Of a stretch of 35,112 bases of DNA, positions 8,174 to 17,900 are shown in pieces. This DNA comes from Chrysochromulina tobinii. Lineage: Eukaryota. Location of the stretch: NCBI GenBank assembly GCA_001275005.1, contig JWZX01003232.1, positions 1-35,112 of the forward strand, given 5' to 3'. Numbering within the stretch: position 1 is the stretch's first letter; each line of letters begins with the position of its first letter. The notes under the pieces are model-generated. The model was given only the letters and a program-made list of their open reading frames with translations. It was not told where the DNA came from and made no database searches. The position numbers were made by a program, and so were the translations under genes.

Positions 8174-9960
8174 ATGGGTGCGGGTGCTTCTTCTTCGTCC
8201 GAGAGCCCGACGCAAGGCCAACTGAGCGTGCCACCGACGCTTGATCTGAAGCCTCATGACTTTCGCTAGTTGTGGCGCGAGAAGAAGATCGCGCATCTCC
8301 AAGGCACGCGCGAGTGGGCCTTTACCGAGATCCTCAACTGGTGGCTCGACGACCCGGCATCACCGCAGCTCTTCTGGCTGACGGGGGGCGGCGGCACCGG
8401 AAATTCGATGCTAAGGTCAGCTTTTAGACCGTGTCATCAAACATACCGTCGCCTGGCACGACATCCCGGCGCAGTCGGCGCCCGGCTCGCTGCTCTGCAG
8501 CCTGGCCGCCATGCTCGCACACCGGCTCCCGGGCTACAAGGAGAAGCTTGAGGCCAAAGGGGTACCAGGGGGAGCGGTGCATGACCCCGTGGAGCTTTTC
8601 AAGGCGCGCTCTTCGAGACGCCGCAGTTAGTCTCGAAGGTCCAGTCGCCCAAGAGGCCGCTGCTTATCGTCCTCGACGTGCTCGACGAGCTGCCCAAGGA
8701 ATCCTATGCCTGGCGTCATCACCAGCCACCTCTCTCGTGGCTCAAGCTCTTCGTGAGTGACGTCGCGCGAGGATTCCCAGATCAGGCGGGCGCTCTGCAG
8801 GTTCACACCCATAGAGCTGCGCCCGCAGAGGTCAAGCACAGGGCAGACGTCGAGGTGTACTTGCGCAAGAGGTGTACTTGCGCAGGTCCATCAAAGGCGC
8901 AGATATTGAGGCTGATGTCACCTCTTGCGCAAATGTGGCAGTGACATGACAGGATATGCTTGCAGTCCTGGAGGAGCCCATTGAGAACCATCCAGTCCAG
9001 GGGATGGCAAGAGCGTGGGTCGAGTTCGCTGACCTCACCCGGGTATCAAGTCTGAGCCACGGGTGTCTGAAAAGATGAAGAACCGGTGGCCATCACAACA
9101 AGAAGCTCAAGCGCGATGGCGGCGGCGCTCCTTCGGTTGGACGATGGGTAGCAGGAGCACGTGTTTGAGGCGACGGTGCCCTCTTTTCGGTGCGCGATGT
9201 GAAGTTTCATGTCTTTCACAAGACCATCGTTGACTGGCTGACGGGCGAGATCGCCGAAGGCAGCTCGATCAGAGAGCAATCGGATGAATTCAATGCGCAA
9301 TGCAAGGACGGGCACGCGATGCTTGCCGAGGGGTTCATCGCGTGGCGCCGCTACGCGACACCACCCGAGGGCCGCGCTCCGGATGATGAGGCGAATGGCT
9401 GCGACACTGCATTTTGCACAGGGCGCGAAAGCCGCCCATTTGAACGCTTCGATAATGGCTTTCTCTCGAGCGTGGCTAAAGACTATCATGAGCTGCCAGG
9501 TGTGGACGGTGTGGACCTGACAGTCGCAGTCGAGTTGCGCCGATTTGTGGGCAAGTACATGGACGTGCTGCAGCGTGACAATGGCGCGGCAGTGATGCTG
9601 CTCGCCCTGCATTAGCCAGATGCGAGTGCGGTGTTTCGTGCAGCAGCAGCTTCGCAACTATCGTCCGTGCAGCCGACGCGTGCACTCAATTCTCAAGAGA
9701 AGGACGCCTGTATCGGCTCACTGTCGCTCAAGCTGGCCATAAGCTCTGTGGCGGTCTGCGGCACACGCATCGTGAGCGGCTCTGGAACTCCATCTTCGTG
9801 AAAGCCAAGAGCTCAAGGGCACAAGTGAGGTTAAGAGCGTCGCCATCTGGGATGGTGGCCAGGGCGATGGCAAGGATGGTGGCAAGAACATTGACCAATC
9901 CAAGTCGCTTCTCAAGGCTGGCTTTCAGGACGGGACGATCAAAGTTTGGGATTCTGGTTC
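8174..9960 (+). pseudogene. Decayed NACHT NTPase - WD40 (HET-E/NWD/NLR-like) gene
   Basis: Fragments in different frames: MGAGAS start; in-frame TAG at about 8267; GTREWAF..WLDD..QLFWLTGGGGTGNS (Walker A, K>N); LLCSLAAML; LLIVLDVLDELP (Walker B); LKLFV/TSRE broken by a 4-bp GTGA duplication; FHKTIVDWL; WD40 relics GTRIVSGS and GFQDGTIKVWDS. Confidence 0.85.
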
Positions 9961-10879
9961 GCCGAGATCGCAAAATCACCCCTCCTGCCAAAATTGACGC
10001 CTCTTGGTTTGCGTGGCATCACGCCTGTTGGATAGACGGACATGCCCCCCCCACCCCCCCCACCCGTCTTTCCGCAGTAACCCACGTTATCACTGCCACC
10101 ATTGCCGTGTGCTGTGCCGCGTGCAATACCACCAGCCGAGGCGTCGCCGGCGCCTACAAGTAGCACAGCGATAGATTCGCAATAGCTGTAGCGGCGTAGA
10201 GGAATGAGGAATGTTTGGCCGATCATTTCTATTGAGTTATGGCTTGCCTGCTCGCCGCCGCCCCGCCGATTAGGCTCTGAGGTGATGATTAGCGACATTC
10301 CGCGTACTTTATGTCGAGCTCCTCTTTCGATCGTACACAGCAAGCTTTTAGCCACTTCGAGGTCGCTTCGGCAACGGTCCGGATTGCGGGATTCCGGCTT
10401 TCCGGGTGAGAACGTGTGAAAGAGCTGAGACGTGATTGGAATGACGACTGTGGAGTCATTACGGCAGCCTGGGGCCCCTGGCGGCAATCGCCCACATAGC
10501 GCAAGCCTAACGCCCATGTAAAAAGTCTGGAAATTTACTCTTAGCGCACCCGCATTGCGTTGCATGCTAGAGCTCTGAAGCTCGTCGAATGCACGTATTG
10601 GGGTAAACCACACCCATCCTTACATCGTAGATAGATCCGGGTAGGCGAGAGAGTCCGACCAATAGTCACAAAACCCCCTCCCCGTCTAAGACGGCTATAA
10701 CAGCTGTTACGAGTCGGCACCGCTGGGCGCTGTCTACCGATATGTACAACATTCCACGTCGTTGAAAGGCGGTTGGAGACACATGTGTTGCTTGTTAGTA
10801 GTTGCGCAAAGCCGTCCCGTGTTGGAGTACAGCGTACGTGGCGCGTTTAGAGGCATCCAAGCCGCATGCGTCGGAATTG

Positions 10880-13800
10880 TCAAGTCTTCATGAGCAACGA
10901 CTCGATCTGATGAACGAGGTCCCGAAGCGTTGTCTGGCCCGTGTGCGAGACTTGGAGCGCATCCATCAGCTCAAGCGCCAGCGATGAAGGCGTGTCGCTC
11001 TTGCTGACCTCGAACTTGACCCCCCTAGCAACACCCTCCACGACGATGGTACCGCAAACCTCGCGAATCGCAACGGCAGCCTCCTCTTGGATGTGGTCAG
11101 ATGTGCCCCGATCCGTCCGTTCGTCGACGTCGTTGGGATCCGCTGCTGGCCGCGATGATAGTGACTGTCCAACGGACGGTTCTTCTGTACCTTCATCAAT
11201 GTAAATGGCCGCCGCAGCAGACCGCGAGGACCATTGCCGATCGGGCAAGAGGGCATCGAACTCTTCGCCACCGGCGTCGCCCTCCACAACGTTCTCATCA
11301 ACTCCTTCCTCTGTGTTCTCGACGTAAATGCACGTCTTCGGCGGACGCGAGGGCCATTCTTCGTCGACGACAGCAGCGGTATACGCAGACTCGAAGTGGA
11401 CGGTGTGATGAAACTCTTGCAGGCGCGATCGCAACGTGTCTTCCTCTCGTTTGAGCAGCTGTGCCCATCGCAGCGCATCTGCGCTCTTGGTGGTGTCGTG
11501 TACCATCTCGGTCTGAAGAACTGCCTCCGTCTCGAGCTCCTTTAGGCGCTCGAGTACCCGTTGCGTTGTGTGGTGCAGTGCCTCGCACCGAGCGTGCGCG
11601 TGCTTGAGCTGTTCAAATGCAGAAGTGCGCTCGGCATCAGCTCGCGCACCGGCCTCTGCTAGCTCCGTCTGCCGCGAACGGCACGCCGAGAGCTCCGACC
11701 GCAGTGTCACCACCTCCGCCGACAGCGCAGCAGTCGCCTCGTCGACACGATGCAACACTTCAAGCTCGCTGCCAGGTGCAGCATTGTCGTCCAAAGGCGC
11801 ACCGTCGAACGGCGACGCTGACCTCGCCGCTTGGGAGCCGAGCATGGACTGCTCCCAAGCGGCAACCTCAGCTTCTATCTGCGCGACAGAGCTCGCATGC
11901 CCAGCTTTGGCGCCAGCATCATTCGACGTGCCGGCGCGCAAAGCCCGAGCGAGGACACGCTGCCTCTCGCACAACTGACCCCACATCGTCTCCCTTGTGC
12001 GCAGCCGGCGCACCTCCGATTCGAGCGCGCACAACTTCCGTTGCGTGGCGCGCCAACCCGTGCTGTGACTTGCCTGCAGGCTGCGGCTTGCCTCGCTGTG
12101 TCGCGCCTCAGCCGCCTGTTGCGCGAGACTGTACTCGTCGGCACGCGCTCTGGCGAGGGCGAGAGCAACGTGCAGCCCGGCCTGTGTGCGGCTCGCAAGG
12201 CCCCGCTCCTCCGCCACTGCGTCCTCGAGAGCAAGCTCAGCGCGGCGTGCCCTCATGCGCTCGTCCGCAAGCACAGCCACCTGCTCGCGCATCTCCGACG
12301 CGTGCTGTCGCTTGAGCTCCCGCATGCGAAGCGTCAACAGGCGCCGGCGCCGCTCCTCGACACAGAAGGCAATGACGAGCTGCCAAAAGCTGCCGATTAC
12401 GGCTGCATCGTCTTGCCGCTTTCCGTGGAGGAGGTCGCCCATCAAAGAAGCCGCCCGCGCCTCTATGTTGCCAGTGCTGTTGAGTGCGTCGATGAGCTTG
12501 TCAGCCTCGTCATCCTCGTGGTTTGCATCCTCAGACGCGAGATATCCGCCTGCCTGTGCAGCCGCCTCGTCAGCAGCAGCCAGCGCAGACTTGTCGATCC
12601 ACGCCGCCGGCGCGAGGAGCATCTGACGGTGACGCCGCCGCAGGAAGTCAGCTGCACGGCGCAACATTGCGTTTTGCTGAAGCAGAGCTTGCTGCGTTGA
12701 GGGTGCGTGCGTCGAGGATACGTGCGGCGCTTGGGTGGCCAGGCTATCCTTGACGAGACTCTTCTGCTGCATGGTGCGCGCCAACGTAAGGCGCAGCGCC
12801 TCGGCCTGATTCTTCCAGTGCCAAACTTCGGCCTCCTGGGAGACAATGGCCGCACTCGCTGCGTCTACTGGAGACGCATCAGCCACGATGGCTCCGAGTT
12901 CGGTAGCTGGTCTGGCTTCCGCTCGCTCGTGCCTCAAGCGCACGTGCATCTCAGCGAGCTCCGCGTGGAGTTCGGAAACTTGCTTGGACTGGATGGAGAT
13001 CATTCGACGCAGAAATAGGTTCGCACGTTCGCCTTCAGTTGGTGGCAATGCTGGATCTGCTGGATCGCCAAGCTCGGCGGCGTACGCGTCGAGAACTTCG
13101 GCCTCGAGCCTTTCCAACTCGGCCGTGAGTTGCATCCGGCACTGCGAGCGCGCCTCAGCGATGGTGGCTTCTGCGGCGGCTGCGGCAGTGGCCGCGTACT
13201 CGCCGTGCTTCCGTTGTTGCTGTGTAAGCTCGGCGCGCGCAGCGTCGAGCTCGATGCGGTGCAAACGCCGACAGGCGTGGAGCTCAGCCGTCTTGGTGCT
13301 CAGCAATGCCTCGAGCCGGCGCAACTCAAAGCGTGTGTCCATCAGAGCGATGGCTTCTGCATCGCTGCGGGGAGCTTCGGCACGTTGCAGAGCTTTGCGA
13401 TCCAAAGTATGAGAAGTCACCAACTCTTGACCCGCCGAAGAGGTTGATTCGGTGGCCCATGTGCTGGGCGCGCCGCGCATCTTTTGCTCCCGTCGCGGTG
13501 TCGTGGCTCGTGGCAGCGCGCGTTCATGCACGTTGGTCGCAGCGCTGTAGAGGGGTCGAGCGCCTCCTAACCCTACCCCGGGCGACGGTGCTGCATCGGT
13601 CGAAGCACGTCGTGTCAATGGGCCTTGCGTGCTCGAGCGCGCCGGCGAAGGTGTCCAGCGTCGAGGGGCGTTGTGGCCCCCGCCATTCTCCGCTCGTGAA
13701 GGAGGACTGCTACGCCGAGCCTTTGCATGCGCGGTCGAATCGGACGCCCGGGCCGGTGGCTCGTCGAGGAGAGAGGCGGCAACGGCGGCAAGGGCGGTAA

Positions 13801-14413
13801 CATCCGGTGTGCCCAAGGAAGACGGCGGCGGCGTGCTCGCCGGTATGAACAGGTGCATCGGGACCGGCGCCGTGTGCACGGGCTCGGGCGTGGCTGGTCC
13901 GTGCGCGCCCTCGTCTTTGGACGGCGGTGGTGCGGGCAGGACCATCAGCGTCGATGACGCCTCGGGTGGGGGCGCTATCGCCCCGCCAGCAATCATAGTT
14001 TCGACAGCTGACCGGCTTTGAAGAAAGGACGCTAGCGACGGCTCGATTGGATGTGAGAAGTCGGCTGTGAAGTCGCTGCTCTGTGCCACTTGCTGCAGGA
14101 AGTAAACTGCCACCAGAAGGTTGTATGTCGGCCGGAAGCGGCAGGCTTGCAATCCTTCGCGGTCGAAAAGCTCGGATGGTAGACGTAAGAGAGCGATAGC
14201 GTGCTCGATGGCGTCCCAATTCATCGTCTGCTCGTGATCAAACTTGGGTGCCCATCGCATCCGCAGCTTCCGGTCGATGAGCTTTGGGAAGATCTTGTAC
14301 AGAAGCGCGAGCAGGACCACGCCCGACTTCAAGTCTTCGAGCCTTGAGCAGGGAAGCTCAGAGGTATCGGCTGCCCACGCGAGCAGTTCGCGCTTGCCAA
14401 CTGCGCCAGGCAT
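10880..14413 (-). CDS. Large protein: N-terminal EB1/MAPRE-type calponin-homology domain, low-complexity linker, long coiled coils, acidic region, small C-terminal domain
   Basis: GKRELLAWA...CSRLEDLKSGVVLLALLYKIFP...RWAPKFDHEQTMNW...LQACRFRPTYNLL follows the EB1 CH pattern. Heptad-rich A/E/L/R/Q regions. Continuous 3.5 kb ORF; ATG 14413 chosen (alternative 14470). Confidence 0.75.
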   Translation of the reverse strand: MPGAVGKRELLAWAADTSELPCSRLEDLKSGVVLLALLYKIFPKLIDRKLRMRWAPKFDHEQTMNWDAIEHAIALLRLPSELFDREGLQACRFRPTYNLLVAVYFLQQVAQSSDFTADFSHPIEPSLASFLQSRSAVETMIAGGAIAPPPEASSTLMVLPAPPPSKDEGAHGPATPEPVHTAPVPMHLFIPASTPPPSSLGTPDVTALAAVAASLLDEPPARASDSTAHAKARRSSPPSRAENGGGHNAPRRWTPSPARSSTQGPLTRRASTDAAPSPGVGLGGARPLYSAATNVHERALPRATTPRREQKMRGAPSTWATESTSSAGQELVTSHTLDRKALQRAEAPRSDAEAIALMDTRFELRRLEALLSTKTAELHACRRLHRIELDAARAELTQQQRKHGEYAATAAAAAEATIAEARSQCRMQLTAELERLEAEVLDAYAAELGDPADPALPPTEGERANLFLRRMISIQSKQVSELHAELAEMHVRLRHERAEARPATELGAIVADASPVDAASAAIVSQEAEVWHWKNQAEALRLTLARTMQQKSLVKDSLATQAPHVSSTHAPSTQQALLQQNAMLRRAADFLRRRHRQMLLAPAAWIDKSALAAADEAAAQAGGYLASEDANHEDDEADKLIDALNSTGNIEARAASLMGDLLHGKRQDDAAVIGSFWQLVIAFCVEERRRRLLTLRMRELKRQHASEMREQVAVLADERMRARRAELALEDAVAEERGLASRTQAGLHVALALARARADEYSLAQQAAEARHSEASRSLQASHSTGWRATQRKLCALESEVRRLRTRETMWGQLCERQRVLARALRAGTSNDAGAKAGHASSVAQIEAEVAAWEQSMLGSQAARSASPFDGAPLDDNAAPGSELEVLHRVDEATAALSAEVVTLRSELSACRSRQTELAEAGARADAERTSAFEQLKHAHARCEALHHTTQRVLERLKELETEAVLQTEMVHDTTKSADALRWAQLLKREEDTLRSRLQEFHHTVHFESAYTAAVVDEEWPSRPPKTCIYVENTEEGVDENVVEGDAGGEEFDALLPDRQWSSRSAAAAIYIDEGTEEPSVGQSLSSRPAADPNDVDERTDRGTSDHIQEEAAVAIREVCGTIVVEGVARGVKFEVSKSDTPSSLALELMDALQVSHTGQTTLRDLVHQIESLLMKT

Positions 14414-14922
14414 CACGCCCCTGCCGCCACGCAGCACCCCAGGTGTGAAGGCAACACGCCCCCAAAACATAGGAAACGGCTCCACGTGTCTACAAGGACA
14501 ACCCGTTCGTTAAACACTTTGACGTTTCGCGCTTTTGCCTCTTCCGAAAAGTCTAAACCCACGGACACGGTTTTCTGATTCATCTGTCCAGAAGTTTAAA
14601 ACGGAGGGTTCTGCTTCTGATGGCTCGCCTCGGCCCCGGCCGCGTCTCTCGTGAACATCCAGCACGGCTGCAGCCCAGAATAGAGAATTTTCAGATTTCA
14701 AATTGAAAAGTGACACATTTCACATATAACGAATTCAGGTCTCGAGTGTCGCGACATTTGTACCTGTCTCCTGTGTGCAGCTGTATTTACAACCACCAAA
14801 AACGTTGCACGCTCACAAACTCTCGCGCCTCGCGCGGCTAACGCTCTCGCGCCTCGGCCAGCTCTCGTCTCTTGACTCTCGTCTCGAGCGTGCCAAGCAA
14901 CACGAAGCACGCTCTCAGACTG

Positions 14923-17900
14923 TCAGACGTCAGCATCGCTCAGCTCCCCCTCCTCCGACTCGGTCCCAGCGATCCGCGCAAACGTTTTCTTCACAAATTC
15001 GGCGGTGTACGCGGCAGCCTCGTTGCTGCGTGGCAGATGCTGGGCGACCTCCTCGGGGCTGCACCATCCGACCACGGCGAGCACATGCATCATGGTGCGC
15101 TTGGCCGCGCCCGAGACTTGCATGCGCCGGCTGTCCTGGCAGTTTTGCGCGATTCCAGGCAGCACAAGGCCCGCAAGCTTACAACCGCTTGCGCGCAGCA
15201 GCGCGGGCCGAAGCTTGCACATGGTCTTGAGCGCGTGCAGCGCGGACACGCGCACCTCGAGCACGTCGTCGGCGAGAAGTTCGACGAGCAGCCCGTACAG
15301 GCTCGGCGGTACGGCCATGGCTGAGGCGAGGGCAAGCTCCTCGGGTTCAGCGCCCTCGGTGGCGGCATCTGCCACGTCCTCCGCTGCCGGCTCCGCCATA
15401 TTCACCGCCACGCGCACGAGCGCATGGCTCGCTGGCATGCGGAGATCGATCTTCTCGTGCTTGGCCGCCTCTCCCACGGCGTCGAAGATGGTCGAAAGCA
15501 AGGGCTTGAGCGCCGCCACGGGAGCATTGCGAAGAAGGCTCTGGTAGCCGCGCAGCGCGCGGAGCTGCTGCTGCCACGGCTCGGCCCCGCATGCAGTCGT
15601 CGCCGCCTCGATGTTGTCGTGCAGTTCGTCGAGCGGCGTCCAGCGGCCACACGCTCCAATCAAAGTGGCCGCTGCGAACGAGAGCTCATCGTCATCGGCG
15701 CACAGCAGTTCCAGGGCGGACGCCTGGATCTTGGCGACGAGCGCCTCGCTGAGGGGCTGGCTGATCCCGCGAAGCACGCCCGCTAGCGCGCAGAGCAGCG
15801 CCACCTGAACGCCCGCGTCCGCCGTACTGAGCGTGTTGTGGATCTCGGTGGCGAGTGGCTCGACGCGTGTCGCGAGAGAAATGAGGTGCGAGAGGGCGGT
15901 GGCGCCGCGAGCTCGGACCACCTTTGCTGGGTCTGAGAGCGCCTTGACGAAGGTGGTCTGCAGCTGCGGCACAAAGGGCTTGAGCAGTATGGACCCCTTG
16001 GTGATCAGTAGCGTGAGTGTGTGCAGGATGGCCGCCTTGACCGCCGGGGGGAAGCGGTCGCCCACAATGCGGATCAACGGGCCTGTGATCTGGATGACGT
16101 ACGGCTTGAGTGCAGCCGGCGAGGTGAGGCCCACAGCTTCGCCGAGGGCCGCCGCCGACTGCTCACGCAGCTCGGGCGTGCCTGTCATCAGGCCTTGCAG
16201 ATGAACAGCCACGAGCGCCCCGAGCCCATTGGGCAGGCAAAAGGCCGGCAAGAACGAGGGCTCGTCGCGCGAGGCTCCAGCAGCCAGCTCGTTGGCTCGG
16301 TGCTCGGTGCTCACGGACTTCACAGCCTCGCGCAGCGCGGCTACGTGGAGCGGGTAGCGCTCCTTGGGCAGGCTCTTGATGAGGTTGTCGAGGCCGCGAA
16401 TGCCCGAGCGCTGCACCGCGGGCTCCTCGGCATGGAACATGCCGATGAGGCTCTGGATGAGGTTCGAGTGGTGCACAGAGAGGTCGAGCGTGGAGCTCTT
16501 GCACACAGTCTCGATCAAGGCCGCCGCCGCGATGCGCACGTGCGCCTTCGCCTTCGTCGTGGTGGCCGTCCTGATCTCGCCGATGAGGAAGTGCAGGCCA
16601 TCCGCCTGGACTGCGAGCGCGACCGCACTCGCTGACGCCACGAGTGCATCGCGCAGGTCGGGGTCGACGCTGCGTTGGTTGGGGGCGACCTCGGCCTCGA
16701 GATACGTTTCCTTCCACAGGGCGGGCAGCACCACGTCGAGGTGGGTGTGCAGCGCCGCGCCCGCGACCTCGGCGACGGCACCAAGGGCGCGCGCATGCGC
16801 GAGCGTGATTGGCGGCGCCAAGAGCTTCGGCAGAAGATAGGGCACCACCGCCTGCGGGCGCTGTCCCATTACCTCGCGAAGGCCGTTCTGGCCCTTGGCC
16901 ACGAGCAGGGCGTCGTCGGAGCGGAGCAGCTGCAGCAGCGCCGGCACGATCTCGTAGATTGCCTGCTGGCCGAGGATGCGCTGCAGTTGGCTGAAGGAGC
17001 GCGCTGCCGCCTCACGCACGGAGCTGTCCTCGTCGCAGAGGCCCTCGCGCACGCACGGGATGATGCCACCAAGGAAGTCTGTAATGACATCGCGTCCAGT
17101 GGCAACCATGAGCTCGGACAGCCCGAGGCACACGCCACGCCGGCGGGCAGCGTCCGCCGAGGTGAGGCACTGCTGCAACGTGGGCAGCAGCTTCGGAAGC
17201 ACGCGCTCGCTCAGCTTGCTCACGAGCTCGCCCATCGCCTGCGCGGCGGCTTGCTGCTGGTCCTCGTCCTCAGTGCTCAGACCCGAAATGAGCTGCTCCG
17301 TGAGCGGCACCAGGATGATGCGCAGCGTCTTGGGCGCGTTCCCGATGAGGGCCTTCCACAGCGTGCTCGACGCCGAGCGTACGGCCACGTGCACGTCGTT
17401 GCGCGCGATGTAGATGGCCGCGAGTAACGCGTGCTGCTGCTCCACAGGGATTGCGTTGGCGAACACCGAGTCCTCGGGCGGTTTCGCGCCGACCTCGAGC
17501 ACCTCGACTGGATCGCCGCCCGTGAGCCGCTGCATGAGCTCGCCAAGGAGCTCGGCTGAGGCCTGGCGGATGCGGTAGTTCACGTCCGAGAGTCCGCGCT
17601 GCAGCGGCGGGAGCAGAAGGGCGGCGGCTGCCTCGAGGTAGATGGCTATCATTCCAAGCGCAGCGCGCATGCACGTGTCACGCACGGCCCCCGAGTCGTC
17701 AGAGAGCCTCGCGAGGACCACCGGGATGACCTCGCCAAGAAAGGGCTCGAACCGTTTACCGAGCACAATCGGTAGATGCACCCACACCATCGAGTAGCCC
17801 TCACGCGAGGATGGGGTGCCCACGGAGCAACCGTCTATCAGCGTGGGCAGCATCTGCCTCACCTTGGCGTCGCCGAGCGCGCCAACCACCTCGGCAAGGC

